From Mytilus edulis (Eukaryota): a stretch of DNA of 64,000 nucleotides. The position numbers and the translations under genes are program-made. This document shows positions 1 through 13,600 of the stretch, piece after piece; within the stretch, counting starts at the first letter, position 1; every line of letters begins with the position of its first letter. The notes under the pieces are model-generated. The model searched no databases and had not been told where the DNA came from. It saw nothing but the letters and a program-made list of their open reading frames with translations. The stretch is taken from contig NC_092353.1 of assembly GCF_963676685.1 (NCBI RefSeq), forward strand, positions 66,340,001 to 66,404,000. The letters are read 5' to 3'.

Positions 1-92
1 CAATGCAACTCGTTGATATAAGACAATATCGCTCGTTGATATAAGAAAAGCTTTTATCGAATCTCTTCTTCCATAGACTGATATAGAATTAC

Positions 93-380
93 AAAAAAAA
101 CATGCAATTCTTATAATTACATTTTTAACCTACAAGCATGAAATTACGAGTTTAATCAAACTTTTCGTTTGTTTTTCCGTGCAATATTGACACTTTATCA
201 TGTGAAGTCATGAATGTCGCATTTTATTTGAAATTAAAAAAACATGCAATTCTTATAATTACATTTTTAACCTACAAGCATGAAATTACGAGTTTAATCA
301 AACTTTTCGTTTGTTTTTCCGTGCAATATTGACACTTTATCATGTGAAGTCATGAATGTCGCATTTTATTTGAAATTAAA
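93..380. repeat. Direct tandem duplication, period 142 bp (2 copies)
   Basis: catgcaattcttataattac...tttgaaattaaaa starts at 101 and again at 243, apparently identical. Confidence 0.9.
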
Positions 381-483
381 ATTTGAAATGTCTTGCAATT
401 GTTGTCTACCAATCGAAATAACGGATTTTTATGAAACCTACATGTTATGTAATTATTATCATTATTTAATATGATTGTGTACT

Positions 484-768
484 TTTTATTCCCCATTAAT
501 GGGCATTATGTTTTCTGGTCTGTGCATCCGTTCGTTCGTTCGTTCGTTCGTTCGTCCGTTCGTCCGTCTCAGATTAAAGTTTTTGATCGAGGTAGTTTTT
601 GATGAAGTTAAAGTCCAATTAACTTGAAACTTAATAAACATGTTCCCTATGATATGATCTATTTAAGTTTAATGTCAAATTAGAGATTTTATCCCATTTT
701 CACGGTCCACTGAGCATAGAAAATGATAGCGCGGATGGGGTATCCATGTACTTGGGACGCATTCTTGT
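484..768 (+). mobile_element. HINE/DINE-1/pearl-like non-autonomous element
   Basis: T-rich ends, (CGTT/CGTC)n microsatellite, then a core similar to the copy at about 61545-61770. Family assignment is inferred from architecture. Confidence 0.65.
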
Positions 769-878
769 TCTTTTATGATTTACCCTCTCAAGAAGTATAT
801 AGTATGTTGTTAAATATTCAGATTTTCTATAATGGCCTAAATTAGCCTTATGGGTGGCATCTTGTTTAAAAACAATAC

Positions 879-1796
879 CTCATCTAAAGGCCTCTGTTGG
901 AGATCATGAAGTTTTTGTTTAGTTTCCTCCTCTTTTTGACATACTGTAGCTAATTGTAGTAACGCTGGTTCTGTTTCCGATCGACATTTGTTATAATCTT
1001 CGTCTGACATCTTTGTTTCACTAGCATGTCCGTACGTTGTGTTTCTTTTACCTATTAGGATATCAATGGCTTTACGTACAGCACAAAATTTTTGGAGTAG
1101 AACATCTGCAACGTACTGGTCAAGGTCCCCTGTACTAATTCTTTTTATGGCTGTCAGTTCACATATTCTAGAAATACAAGTAGTATGACTACTACAGGAC
1201 ACACATTTAGAATGCGTTGCACTGAATAAGGAAGTCAAGTGATTTAGTGTGAATTGTGGGTCCATAGGAATTACATATCCAGGAGGACATTGGCAGCAAT
1301 GTGAATTTTGGCCTATAGTTAGATGGTAAATATTATGTTTGTTCATATTAAGAAAATCCTCAAGGGTTATCCCAGAGAATGTTAAACAGCTGTACCAGAA
1401 AACGTCAGCGCAGACATTTATTAGCAGACATCTCGCCAAGGTCACATCCAGTATATTTGTGCTGATTTCAAACTTCGCTTTGCTACAACAAAACTCAGCA
1501 TTTCGTCCATGATTATGGCAAGGCAGTTTGGTACCAGATTTTTCGAATAAAACTTCTAGTTGTTGTGGAGAGAGCACACGGTTTTGGAGAAGTGTGTTAC
1601 CTCGTATACATTGACAACATCGTGCTTTGTTGTAGCAGAGATGATACAAGTTGTGTTGGTTTTGGTTCAGAAATTCTTCAAACGACAAATGTTTCTTCGT
1701 CAGATTGAGTTCTAGCAATTCTACAAATGCACATTTTGTGAAATCCACTATTAAAATCGTATTCCTGTAAAAGTTTTCTCTTTCTTTCTTTTCCAT
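879..1796 (-). CDS. Large coding exon of a Cys/His-rich DZIP3-like HEPN domain protein; gene probably continues left of the window
   Basis: ORF MEKKERENFYR... (ATG 1796). LDVTL motif, HEPN-type R-x5-H motif (RNTTYGH) and two copies of FLNxNxHNxYHL...CCQC. Putative donor GAG|gtattg at 879/878. Confidence 0.65.
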
Positions 1797-2664
1797 TTGA
1801 TAGTTTGATAGCAGATACAAAATCAAATATAAACCATGTTAAAAAATTAGCACTATCCCTGCTTAAATCGGAATAATTTGATATAACTTTGTTTACGACA
1901 TGCAATTGTCTCAAATCAGGTACATACATACAGGTGGTATGTATAAGCTAACTGCAAATTTGTACTATAATTTCATTACAATGACTGTTAAAATTTATAT
2001 GCACAGAAACATTATTTAAATGACAATACTTTGTATATGGTTAAAACAATTATTATATACAACAATTATACATATTATAATTATATCAACTAATCCAATG
2101 TTAGAGCAGTGAATCATATCTAGATGTACGTATCAAATAAGACTACTAATAAAGTCTTTTGTATTATGTACCTGAGGTGTTGAATGAGACAGTTTACATA
2201 CAGGCGTTTGTATATCAGAAATGTTAATAAGTCATATTATATTGAAAAATAGGGCTCTTTAAATGCATTGAATAGACGAAAAGTATTATTTTATAAAACA
2301 TAAGATTTGAAACATATTAAACGGAGTACTTTTATGTGCTCGCAGTTAGTTTTAAGAACGAGTAAAAGAAGTTGTTTGGTAAACGACAATGAGTTAATAA
2401 ACCAGCATTAAAACACAAAAAGATATTTATCGAAAAGCTTGATGATGCTTAAATAAAATGTTTTAGTAAATAAGGTATGTTTCAATAAAAGCGTTAAGGT
2501 CAATTTTCCCTGTATGTGTCTCACTCATAGGGTCAAAAGTTGAAAGCCGTCAATCCCTAGTTAAAACTGACCATATAAAAGAATCCCTAAATTTTATACT
2601 TGAAAAAATGAGACAATCTTATACATTATCATAAAGCAAAATGCAAAATGCAACATCTTGTTAT

Positions 2665-3000
2665 TGAATGAATGAATATATTGTATTGCAGAAGCAAACA
2701 AAATCCTATAGCAAAATAACATAATATACAATTACAATAATGACAGTAAACAAACATAGAACAATACAATAAGGTCATAATAAGCACATAATTACAACTG
2801 TTATGCAATGATAATTTGTAATCTTAACTTCCATTCCGCAGTAGGAAATTTACACAATTTCTTAGTTAAATTCTTTGAGCTAGCCTGTAAAAGAAATACC
2901 AGCTTTCTAACAGTTGGCCATCAATAATAATAGTTTATTAAAAACTGTAGCCTCGGTGATCTAAAGGCCCGACATACTAAAACAAAATAGTACTCATTTC
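2665..3000 (-). mobile_element. Degraded 3' fragment of a CR1-like LINE
   Basis: Minus strand reads NEYYFVLVCRAFRSPRLQFLINYYY*WPT, resembling the EDEYHFxLxC C-terminus of invertebrate LINE RTs. (ATTC)n tail near 2670. Confidence 0.45.
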
Positions 3001-3959
3001 GTTATTGAAGTCATTTTACATGATCACATGTTTTGCTCAAACTGTGCTTCAAAGGATGTTGCTAACCAAATGAATTTGTTTTACTTTTTTTGTTCATCAC
3101 ATTATGGATATACAGTCAAAATACGGTGATTTTGTGCATTTGTCGGGACTAAATGATTTAGAAAAAAATTGGCTGTAATATACGATCCAAAATGTTCTTC
3201 AATCAAAAGTTACACATCATTATATTCCCTGGATTCAAAAATAATCTGGATCAGTAGTTATTATTATGAACTATGGAGACATAGTGGACAAAACCTGAAA
3301 TTGCAACATAAAATATGCCTAATGAAGGATCATTACTTCGATATCAATGATGTGTAGTTGTTACGTATAAGACGTATGTATATCACAGCTATTTCTATTT
3401 CAAAAAAAGAACATTTTATTTTTGTGTAATGATTTTAAAATGTAGCTGGTTGCAGACACTGTGTTGTGTTCATAATTTCGATCAATTCTACTTGCCATGA
3501 TCCCAAACAACAGTCCAACGTACTATAACATTTATTTCCCGTTAGACACTGGTCTAGCGAATCGTGAATCTAAGTAGGGAATATGCGTCTCTGTTAAGCG
3601 TAACACTATATAAACGTCCGTAGTAACGCAAAAACGATAACTACTGCTATTCACTAAGACGATCTTAAAAGCCAAAAGACTTTGGTGGGATTCAATCATA
3701 TCTTTTTGTAACATTTTGTCAAGGTTGTCAATTACTAATACCTTTTTCTAGCAACTGTAATTTATGTAAACTATCTAAGATAAGATAAGAACCATCACAA
3801 ACATTTGGTTACACCACAGCATTCTACATGTGCCTTTTATAAATCCGAAGCCTGTAGTTCAGTGATGTTTGTTTGTTGTAGCAGTCCGCCATAAATTATC
3901 TTTTTTTTGTTTTTGAATCAGGCCGTTAGTTATTCCTTTAAGATTGTTTTCCATTTTTA

Positions 3960-4295
3960 TGCAGCAACATCGCAGCAGCGCTTACATATGGAGTATATCT
4001 CTTTTTTGTTACGATATTCTAAAGCTTGCATATACTATCATAATTCCGGTGATAGAAGAAAGATGTTAACCCAAGATTTGCAAGAGGTGAGTGAAATTAT
4101 CCTTTCTTGGGTCTCGTGTAAGCAAAACCCGAATTCGGTAGGTCACATTCTAGGAAAAGAGAACGGGACAATTGCAACATGAACATCTTCAACTGAGTTC
4201 CATAACGGTCAACCATTTCATAAAGGAGTAAGTTAAATTTTCGAAGGGATTTGCTTTAAATTCACAACTTGTAACTCTTGGTTTACTAGCTTATT
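3960..4295. mobile_element. Degraded Penelope-like element fragment with an inverted second part
   Basis: Plus strand 3960-4085 reads SNIAAALTYGVY/YISFLLRYSKAC..DRRKMLTQ. Minus strand 4295-4200 reads NKLVNQELQVVNLK/SLRKF...MVDRYG, the expected continuation of this PLE motif block. Recognised from memory. Confidence 0.5.
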
Positions 4296-6103
4296 TTATC
4301 AACTTTCTCTGGGTTTTTTCACTTATACGTTTCGCTATCCTTTTGGAATCTTCCGCATCTCTTTTTTTTCCCATCAGAAGCATTTATAGCCTACTATGAA
4401 GTATGGATGTTACTCATTTTTGAATGCCAAACGGTGACCTGTCTTTGTTTGATAGCTGTCTTATTGGCAATCTGATAACCTCTTTTTATTTTCATGTAAT
4501 TTTGTGATTTGCATGAGTCTTAAAATGAAAGCTACCTTACCGAAAGTTTCTTAGTCGGGACCTTTGGGCTGTCGTTGGTGATGACTACATTTTCTGATAT
4601 AATTGTTTGACGTGTGCGTGTTAAACGAACATTTCTTATACGCGTGGGATGATTCAGGTTTATATTTATTTGCGTACAGTATTAGACAAATTTGTAGTGC
4701 ACTTTAGAATCAAATGGCAACGTTACAGCAGCAAAAATGCACCTATTTTACATAAAAGTCGACGGATATCTTATAGGTTTTTCTACAGACAAAGAATTTT
4801 GAATGTTTATTATTTATCATTAAGCACTTCTTTCAATATAGCTAAATATTCTTTTCGATACACAAAACGATCACATTGTATATGAACATTTGAAGTCTGC
4901 AGTGAAAAAAGTAAAATTTACAGAAAAGTTGCATGCGACGTGTACTAAAACTCAACTTTTAGAGATGAGAAAATATATTTTGTCACTGACAACTATTTCT
5001 TAAAAAACACATAACAAACATGAACTACTGTGAATTGCAAAACAAACCATGTGAAGAATAAATCAAGATATTAGTTATTCTATGTTTACTGATGTGTAGT
5101 TAATCAATGTTGCAATATAGGAGCTCATCATTACAGAATCTTGGATCGTTAGGAGGTGGGTTGAAATCCATTGTCTATGATCAGACGATTCAGTATGCTT
5201 TCATAATAAAATAAGTGGAACTTAATTAGGAGTATTTACAAAATAAATACAAATAAATAGGGAAAATAGGTGCAAATTGAGAACTTTTATGTTATATGAT
5301 GGAGCTCAAATATCTCAGTAGTATAGTTGTTGCTGTAAAAATGAATCAGGTACGATAAAAGAATTTGCACAAAATATAGAGACATATCTTTAAAAAGGTC
5401 AAAGCATTGATCTAACAATAGTATATATCGCAAATTGCACTTTAGCGAATTGAATTTATCATTTTTACCTAAATAATTTTGTTGAGTGTTTTTTTCGTTT
5501 TTGTTTATTCGTTGTATATTTTGGTTTTGTTTATAAGCCTTGGTAATATCATGGAGGTAATGTTTTTATTAATGCAAGAAGCCGTGTAACCGGAGAGAAT
5601 AAAATACCATCGGTACGAAAACTTGTGAAAATTAACCTCGGAGTCGAGCACATCTACATGTGAACAGGGTTCCCAAATCATAACCTTAGATCTGATTGTC
5701 TAGTTATCACAGTAGATAAGCTTCAAGTTAAAAAAAAAAATGACAACTTACACCAAACAACCATCGTGAAATTACGCGTATTATGATAATGGCCAAGTCT
5801 CTTTGTATGATATGGTGTCCAAATCAAATTATGAACAAATGGTAATATAGGTTCTTTTACACTAAACTGAAAGATTAGCAGGGCATCTTAGCTTCATCCA
5901 TGTTTTTGAGTTTGGTGTTCAAATGTTATCTAAATGGTGACTTTATGTTATTCCAGAAACACACGTGCGCATGGAAATCAGTACCTCACTTTCGTGATGA
6001 TTCTTAAGTGTGAATAATCTGTTTTTCTACTTAAAATTCTGAGACAGTTTAAGAGTACCAACATAGTTATGTCAATAGGTTATTATATTTATTCCAGACA
6101 TTT

Positions 6104-6263
6104 CAGGGGCGGATCCAGCCATTTCAAAAAGGGTGGGTTCCTAACCCAGGACAAAGGGGGGCGGGGGGGGGGGGTTCCAATCACATGTTCCCATTCAAAT
6201 ACATTGATCGTCCAAAAAAAAGGGGGTTCCAACCCCCGGAACCCCCCTCTGGATCCGCGCCTG
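6104..6263. mobile_element. Short GC-rich MITE
   Basis: Terminal inverted repeats CAGGGGCGGATCCAG / CTGGATCCGCGCCTG. Direct repeat CATTT at 6099-6103 and 6264-6268. Confidence 0.8.
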
Positions 6264-6802
6264 CATTTACTACAAAAACTGTCTGGTTTGGCATTTACTC
6301 TTTGAGGTGTTAATTTATACAACAGATGCTACATGAATTCACGACGAACCTATGTGCTGGAAATGTGTCGAAATTGTTAAAGAATGATGGTAGATGACGA
6401 CGACGGACCTACGTGTTTGTTGAAAATGTGTGGATCTTGATCAAAAGGTATATTTGTGTATTCAGATGCAATGTAACAATCTGTTTCTTTTCAAACAATT
6501 ACAATATTGTCATATAATAAAGCTTATAAGTTAACACAAATATTTGAAACATAGATATATGGTCTACATTATGTAATGAATTACAGTTATTAGTTCTGGT
6601 GTGCTTGTTCTCCATCTGTATTACTTTCTTCCATGTGGTTCGTTGAAGTCAATATCAGGTCCTATTGATACTAATCCGTATGGGTTGATAGATGTATGAC
6701 TTTGCTGGGAAAAAAACAAGACGAACAATGGCTTAGTTATACTTCATTTACTGTTCAGAATGTTGGCGACGTTGGCGAACAGGGGTACTGGTTAGAATGT
6801 TG

Positions 6803-7083
6803 GCTTTCCTCAATCAATTACAAAATTAGGAATGAATTAATGACTTTCATTCAATATGTCTTATATATTATAAGTTATGAATATGACATTTAAACTCAAT
6901 CCCATGCTTTCCTTTGTAATATTGAACCTTGTAGTACGATTTCAGAGAGATCCATACACTTAAACACAAGTTATTGTTGACGTTATCTTTTAAGCTTTCC
7001 TCAATCAATTACAAAATTAGGAATGAATTAATGACTTTCATTCAATATGTCTTATATATTATAAGTTATGAATATGACATTTA
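6803..7083. repeat. About 90-bp direct duplication, period 191 bp
   Basis: gctttcctcaatcaattac...tatgacattta at 6803 and 6994. Confidence 0.85.
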
Positions 7084-7294
7084 TCGAAAATTGTTCCATT
7101 GAGATTAGATCGTAGAGATCTCCGGCGATAGAAGTATATGGAATTTGGACTATAGGAGTTGAAGTTCTTTTAAAATGTACACTGAAATTTTGGAGTCTGC
7201 TCTTTGGTCGGGTTGTTGTCTCTTTGCCATATTCCCCATTTCCATACTCAATTTTAATGAAGTTTTGGAATGGCCATTGGATTTTTGGAATATG

Positions 7295-7530
7295 CACTGA
7301 AGTTCTGGAAAAGATACTGATGTTTTGTTATAGGCACTGAAGATCTCGAAAAGATACTAATGTTTTGTTATTAAAAGTTTCTTATCACTGAAGTTCTGGA
7401 ATAGGCACTGAAGGTCTGGAATAGATACTGAAGTTTTGAAATAAGCAATGAAGCAATGAAATAGAGATTTTTTATAAAACATTGAAGTTTTTGGATAGGC
7501 CATGAAGTTTTTTAATAGTAATGAAGTTTA
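7295..7530. repeat. Degenerate ~20-bp minisatellite (actgaagttctggaataggc-like)
   Basis: Repeated actgaag(t/a) units visible in sequence. Confidence 0.7.
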
Positions 7531-8977
7531 TTTTAGTACTTTGATTAACTATTAACAGCAGTGGGGAGACATGGCACGTCTTTTTAATCGTCAATTTCAT
7601 TTTCCGTTTATCTATAAAACTATGACTTTAGCAACAAAATATACTGAAAACAATAGCATATGGATAATAATGCAACAAACTTACGTTTTTAATTTTTATC
7701 AATATTGCTTCGGTATTTCCCTTAAGGCTTTGATTGCATGAAATGCAATCCTTACCTAATAAAAATTAACCTGATACAACAATTTGTTGTATTAATTTTC
7801 TGTGTTGCCCTTTTAGAAGAAGATGAAAGATATCTTTTATTATGAGGTATTTTCATTTTTGTGTACAACATGCAATTTTGTATACATGGACAATCTTAAT
7901 TGTTTCATTTTTATTTCTGTACAGTTTGGTTTACTGGTTATCAAAAAAAGAAAAATATTATAACAAAAATGACAAAGTCCAAGGAAATTTGCAAATTGGA
8001 AAGTTTCTTATCAAATGGCAAAAAGTTCAAACACATTAAACGAATGAAAAAAAAAACGTCATATTCCTGACTTGGTACAGACATTTCCTAATGTAGAAAA
8101 TGGTGGATTAAACCTTGTTTTATAGCTAGCTAAACCTTTCACTTGTATGACAGTCACATAGAATAAACTGTTTGAAACATTGTATTTTTTTGTTTCTCTA
8201 TAATAATTGTAACTAATTTACTATACAAATTTGTAACTCTCCATACCTTTTCATCCTATTTGTATCTTTGTTCTATTATTTCTGAACAATGTCAGCATTG
8301 TATGTTTTGTACAATTTCATCAAATATTGTATTTGCTTTTGTACTAAGTCAAACATGGTATTCTTTTCTTAACTACTTTGTACATTAATATTACATTCAA
8401 TTTTGTCACACATTGTCTATGTTTGTTTACTTTTATCCCAGATTAAAATTATTTTATCACACATTGTATTTTTGTTTGGTCAAACATACTGGAAATAATT
8501 TTGTCACACATTGTATGCTCATACCAGAGACATATATATATATGTCTCAGGTTCATTATTACCTATAACTATTAGAGTTAAGATTTTTAAAAGAGGAGTG
8601 TAAATTTGCCTTTACACTCACTGTGGGGATTTTTTAGAACTTTTTTTTGAGTGGTTTTTGTTTCTGTACCATTTTTTCACGTTGTATCGTTATTGCACAT
8701 ACAATTTTGCCACATAAGATATTTCATCTGTACTTTATTGGTACATGTACTTAAGGTTTTAATTTTGTATTGTCTTGTCACATGGGGTATTACTTTCTAT
8801 ACGTTTTTCATAATCATGGCATTTTTGTACCATTTCATTGCAGATGGTATGTAGTTCTGTACAATTCTGTTACACATGGACTTTCTTTTAACACCATTTG
8901 TGTTTGCAAATGGTATTTTCATGGATATTTGAATACATGGTTTGTACTTGTTTGGCTTTAAAATTATTTTGATATGA

Positions 8978-9021
8978 GCATCACTGATGAGTCTTATGTA
9001 GACGAAACGCGCATCTGGCAT
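8978..9021 (+). ncRNA. Degenerate type I hammerhead ribozyme (retrozyme-like repeat, copy 1)
   Basis: gcatca-CTGATGA-gtct tatgt agac-GAAA-cgcgca-TC-tggcat. Core intact; mismatches in stems I and III. Confidence 0.75.
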
Positions 9022-9671
9022 TCTAAATTATAATCCTGGTACCTTTGATAACTATTTACATACAGTAATTCTGCAACCAAGCTTATAAAGTGTTTTTTGT
9101 TGAACATTAAGATCACCTGTACTCATGAAAATTGGTATTCAACAAATAATACTGAATCATATATATTACCAAAAAAATAATGATAATGTTTCATCCATAT
9201 CAAATCCTTTCATTTTCAGTTGTTTAGGTAAGATTCATAGACGATGAGTCAATTAAAATTCAATAAATAAATTCTTACAATTTTATTATTCTGAAATTTC
9301 ATCAAATCTTATATTACATTCAATAAATAATCGCAAAATAATATTTTTAAATTACATTAGTAACAAAAGTTAAATACCTTGTCATATATTGATTTTTTTT
9401 AATTTTTTTAAAATAATTCATACATAAATCACAACTGTATAAAGTGAAATACAATATTTTCCACTCAAAGTGTCAAAGTGTATAAATTTTTGAGGCTTGC
9501 TGAACATTTAAATCAATGAAAATGGATACATGATGAAAAGAAATAGAAATAATTGCAAATGGAACAATAATAAAGTAAAAAGAATTGAAACTACATGTGA
9601 ACCTTTTAAAAATAGTACAAGTAAATGGCACCAACATAGATTATTTTTAATATTTTGCTATCAAATGATGA

Positions 9672-9920
9672 TATGTATGCTCAATTGATAAAACAATTTA
9701 CAATCTTGATGAATCTTTGGGCATAGGATGAGTGCAGACATATTTTCATGAGTCCAGGAGTCATAAACTAACCTAAATGAAAACAACAAGTCTGTTTTGC
9801 TATAAAATGTATGCTCAATTGATAAAACAATTTACAATCTTGATGAATCTTTGGGCATAGAATGAGTGCAGACATATTTTCAGGAATCCAGGAGTCATAA
9901 AAAGCCTTAATGAAAACACT
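9672..9920. repeat. Imperfect tandem duplication, ~134 bp period
   Basis: atgtatgctcaattgataaaacaatttac... occurs at about 9673 and 9807. Confidence 0.8.
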
Positions 9921-10635
9921 AACTCTATATATAGTTGCTGTGGCCATACCAGTTCATCATTACCATAATTTGACTTATTTTCAGGATTATTTTTAATTTT
10001 AAAAATAAGAAGATGTGGTATGATTGCCAATGATACAACTCTCCACCAGAATCAAAATGACAAAGATATTGACCTATAAGTTTCAGAGAATGTTCTAAAA
10101 AATTGACTGATACTGACAACAAAAATGATTGACACATGTGAAGCAAGTAATTCACATTAGATTTCAGTGCAAGGTGAGTTAAAGTTGATGAAATAGAAGA
10201 CAAAATATTTATATTTCATTAACTTGTATAGATCTAGGATTTGTAAAATTTGTAAGAATTATTGTTAAAAAAATGTAACCAAAATCATGATCATAAAGAA
10301 ACAATTTATATATTTATAACTGCGACAATATGGAAATATATCAATTATTTTAAGAAATATGGGTGAGAAACAATGTTTATAGGAGCAGCCTGTTGATTGG
10401 CAGGAATGTAGTCTACAAATAACACAAATCATAAATATTACTTGTGGTTAAATTTAATTCTGACTAGTCCAGTTGTACTAAAGTATTAAAGTTAAGGACA
10501 ATAATAAGTATTGGCAATTATGTCATGTGACCTATTCTGTAAATAAGTTTTAAATTCCATTGAGATTCTAGTTAAATACTAAATACAATGTAGTAAAAAT
10601 AAATTAGCAAATGACAAAACTAAATAATCTTAACA

Positions 10636-13600
10636 TCAACTTGGCAAATCCAGAAATCTTAGTCTATTCATAAACTCAAGTAAGTACATTTGTAAGCGGA
10701 TGTCTTGTCTATTGTTCGTAACAAAGAAGCCAGGTACCCCAGCCCTCTCTAGCATTACTTGTTGGTCCATTACTTTTTGGTCCAGGTCCATAATAATTTT
10801 CATGTCTCTTTTCTTGACTTCATCCTCCAATCTTTTTTCCATGGTCTACAATAGTGTAGAAATGTTACTTGTTTACATGGTCTGCAATAGTGTAGAAATG
10901 TTACTTGTTTACATGGTCTACAATAGTGTAGAAATGTTACTTGTTTACATGGTCTACAATAGTGTAGAAATGTTACTTGTTTACATGGTCTGCAATAGTG
11001 TAGAAATGTTACTTGTTTACATGGTCTGCAATAGTGTAGAAATGTTACTTGTTTACATGGTCTACAATAGTGTAGAAATGTTACTTGTTTACATGGTCTA
11101 CAATAGTGTAGAAATGTTACTTGTTTACATGGTCTGCAATAGTGTAGAAATGTTACTTGTTTACATGGTCTGCAATAGTGTAGAAATGTTACTTGTTTAC
11201 ATGGTCTGCAATAGTGTAGAAATGTTACTTGTTTACATGGTCTGCAATAGTGTAGAAATGTTACTTGTTTACATGGTCTGCAATAGTGTAGAAATGTTAC
11301 TTGTTTACATGGTCTGCAATAGTGTAGAAATGTTACTTGTTTACTTGTTTACATGGTCTACAATAGTGTAGAAATGTTACTTGTTTACATGGTCTGCAAT
11401 AGTGTAGAAATGTTACTTGTTTACATGGTCTACAATAGTGTAGAAATGTTACTTGTTTACATGGTCTACAATAGTGTAGAAATGTTACTTGTTTACATGG
11501 TCTGCAATAGTGTAGAAATGTTACTTGTTTACATGGTCTGCAATAGTGTAGAAATGTTACTTGTTTACATGGTCTGCAATAGTGTAGAAATGTTACTTGT
11601 TTACATGGTCTGCAATAGTGTAGAAATGTTACTTGTTTACATGGTCTGCAATAGTGTAGAAATGTTACTTGTTTACATGGTCTGCAATAGTGTAGAAATG
11701 TTACTTGTTTACTTGTTTACATGGTCTACAATAGTGTAGAAATGTTACTTGTTTACATGGTCTACAATAGTGTAGAAATGTTACTTGTTTACATGGTCTG
11801 CAATAGTGTAGAAATGTTACTTGTTTACATGGTCTGCAATAGTGTAGAAATGTTACTTGTTTACATGGTCTGCAATAGTGTAGAAATGTTACTTGTTTAC
11901 ATGGTCTACAATAGTGTAGAAATGTTACTTGTTTACATGGTCTGCAATAGTGTAGAAATGTTACTTGTTTACATGGTCTGCAATAGTGTAGAAATGTTAC
12001 TTGTTTACATGGTCTACAATAGTGTAGAAATGTTACTTGTTTACATGGTCTGCAATAGTGTAGAAATGTTACTTGTTTACATGGTCTGCAATAGTGTAGA
12101 AATGTTACTTGTTTACATTTAACAAAGAATCAATGTTGTTTGTTGTCTGTTAATGTGGTTCATAAGTGTTTCTCGTTTCTTGTTTTTATATACCGGTAGA
12201 TTAGACCGTTAGTTTTCTGTTTGAATGGTTTTACACTTGTAATTTTTTGGGCCATTTATAGCTTGATGCTTGATATGAGACAAGGCTCTGTGTTGAAGGC
12301 CGTACCTTGACCTATGATGTTTACTTTTATAAATTGTAACTTGGATGGAGAGTTGTCTCATTGGCATGCATACCACATCTTCCTATCTATATCTAATCAG
12401 TGCCCTTGGAATTTATCTAAACTGACCATTCATTCATGACACTCCTACATCTCAAATCCTATTAAAGTATCCTGTAAAATATTGTGTGATAGTGATGGTG
12501 GCAGAGAATCAAACAGCTGCCCATGTAAACTATCTGATACATATAAGTTATATGGTCTGCTACTGACCCTCTATAGACCAATAAACGGTTAGTAGAATCT
12601 AAAGAGTCTAACATTAAGTACTGTAAATTCAGAAATTATTGTGTGAATTTATCATTGGGATTTTGTGATTTTAGACTAAAATGTGATTTAATTTATTGCG
12701 ATATTAAGAACTAGAGGATCTTAAGAGTCTGTGTCGCTCACCTTGGTCTATGTGCATACATGTATTAAACAAAGGACACAGATGGATTCATGACAAAGTT
12801 GTGTTTTGATGATGGTGATGTGTTTGTAGATCTTACTTTAATGAACATTCTTGCTACTTACAATTTTCTCTATCTATAATAAACTTGGCCCTTTAGTTAC
12901 AGAGGAAAATATTTTGTAAAAATTTACCAAAATTTACCAAATTAATGAAAATTGCTAAACATTGACTATAAAAGACAATAACTCCTTAAGGGGTTAACTG
13001 ACAATTTTGGTCATGTGTGACTTATTTGTAGATCTTACATTGCTGAACATTATTGCTGTTTACAGTTTATCTCTATCTATAACAGTATTCAAGATAATAA
13101 CCAAGAACTGCAAAATTTCCTTAAAATTACAAATTCAGGGCCAGGTGAGCTAAAAATCAATTTTAATTCATATAAAAAAAATGAAAATGCAAGTTTAAAT
13201 TATTGAGATTATAACCCTGTCGCATTTTTCCCAATAATAAAAACCTCACAATCATTTCTGAATTTACAGTATAACATATTTTCTAACTTTACCTCCTGTC
13301 TATTTATTTAGGAAGTATTGCTCATTGCAAACATTATGTCTCTGACTATGTGCTGACCATGCAGTACAGATAATGAAGAACTCAAAAGACTGCATTTTTC
13401 TCAAAATTAATAATGAATGATAGTTTTACAGTATATTTGTATACCTCTTTTTCTCTTTCAATCTGGACCTCTATTATAGGAAGATTGTGGGGTTTGGTTT
13501 GGCAAGCTTGAAGAAGTTCTTTGTGGCGTTTCTGTAATTCATGTCTTTGTGCTATATAATGTAAAATAAATAAATTTTGTCAATCAGCTGTTTAGGATTG

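Noticed and set aside
10841-12116. 36-bp repeats as a CRISPR array
   Set aside because: Units are head-to-tail with no spacers, there are no cas genes, and the context is a eukaryotic intron.
10700-12122. Plus-strand ORFs of repeated MV(Y/C)NSVEMLLVY
   Set aside because: By-product of a stop-free 36-bp unit antisense to DGCR6; the frame is broken by the 8-bp slips.
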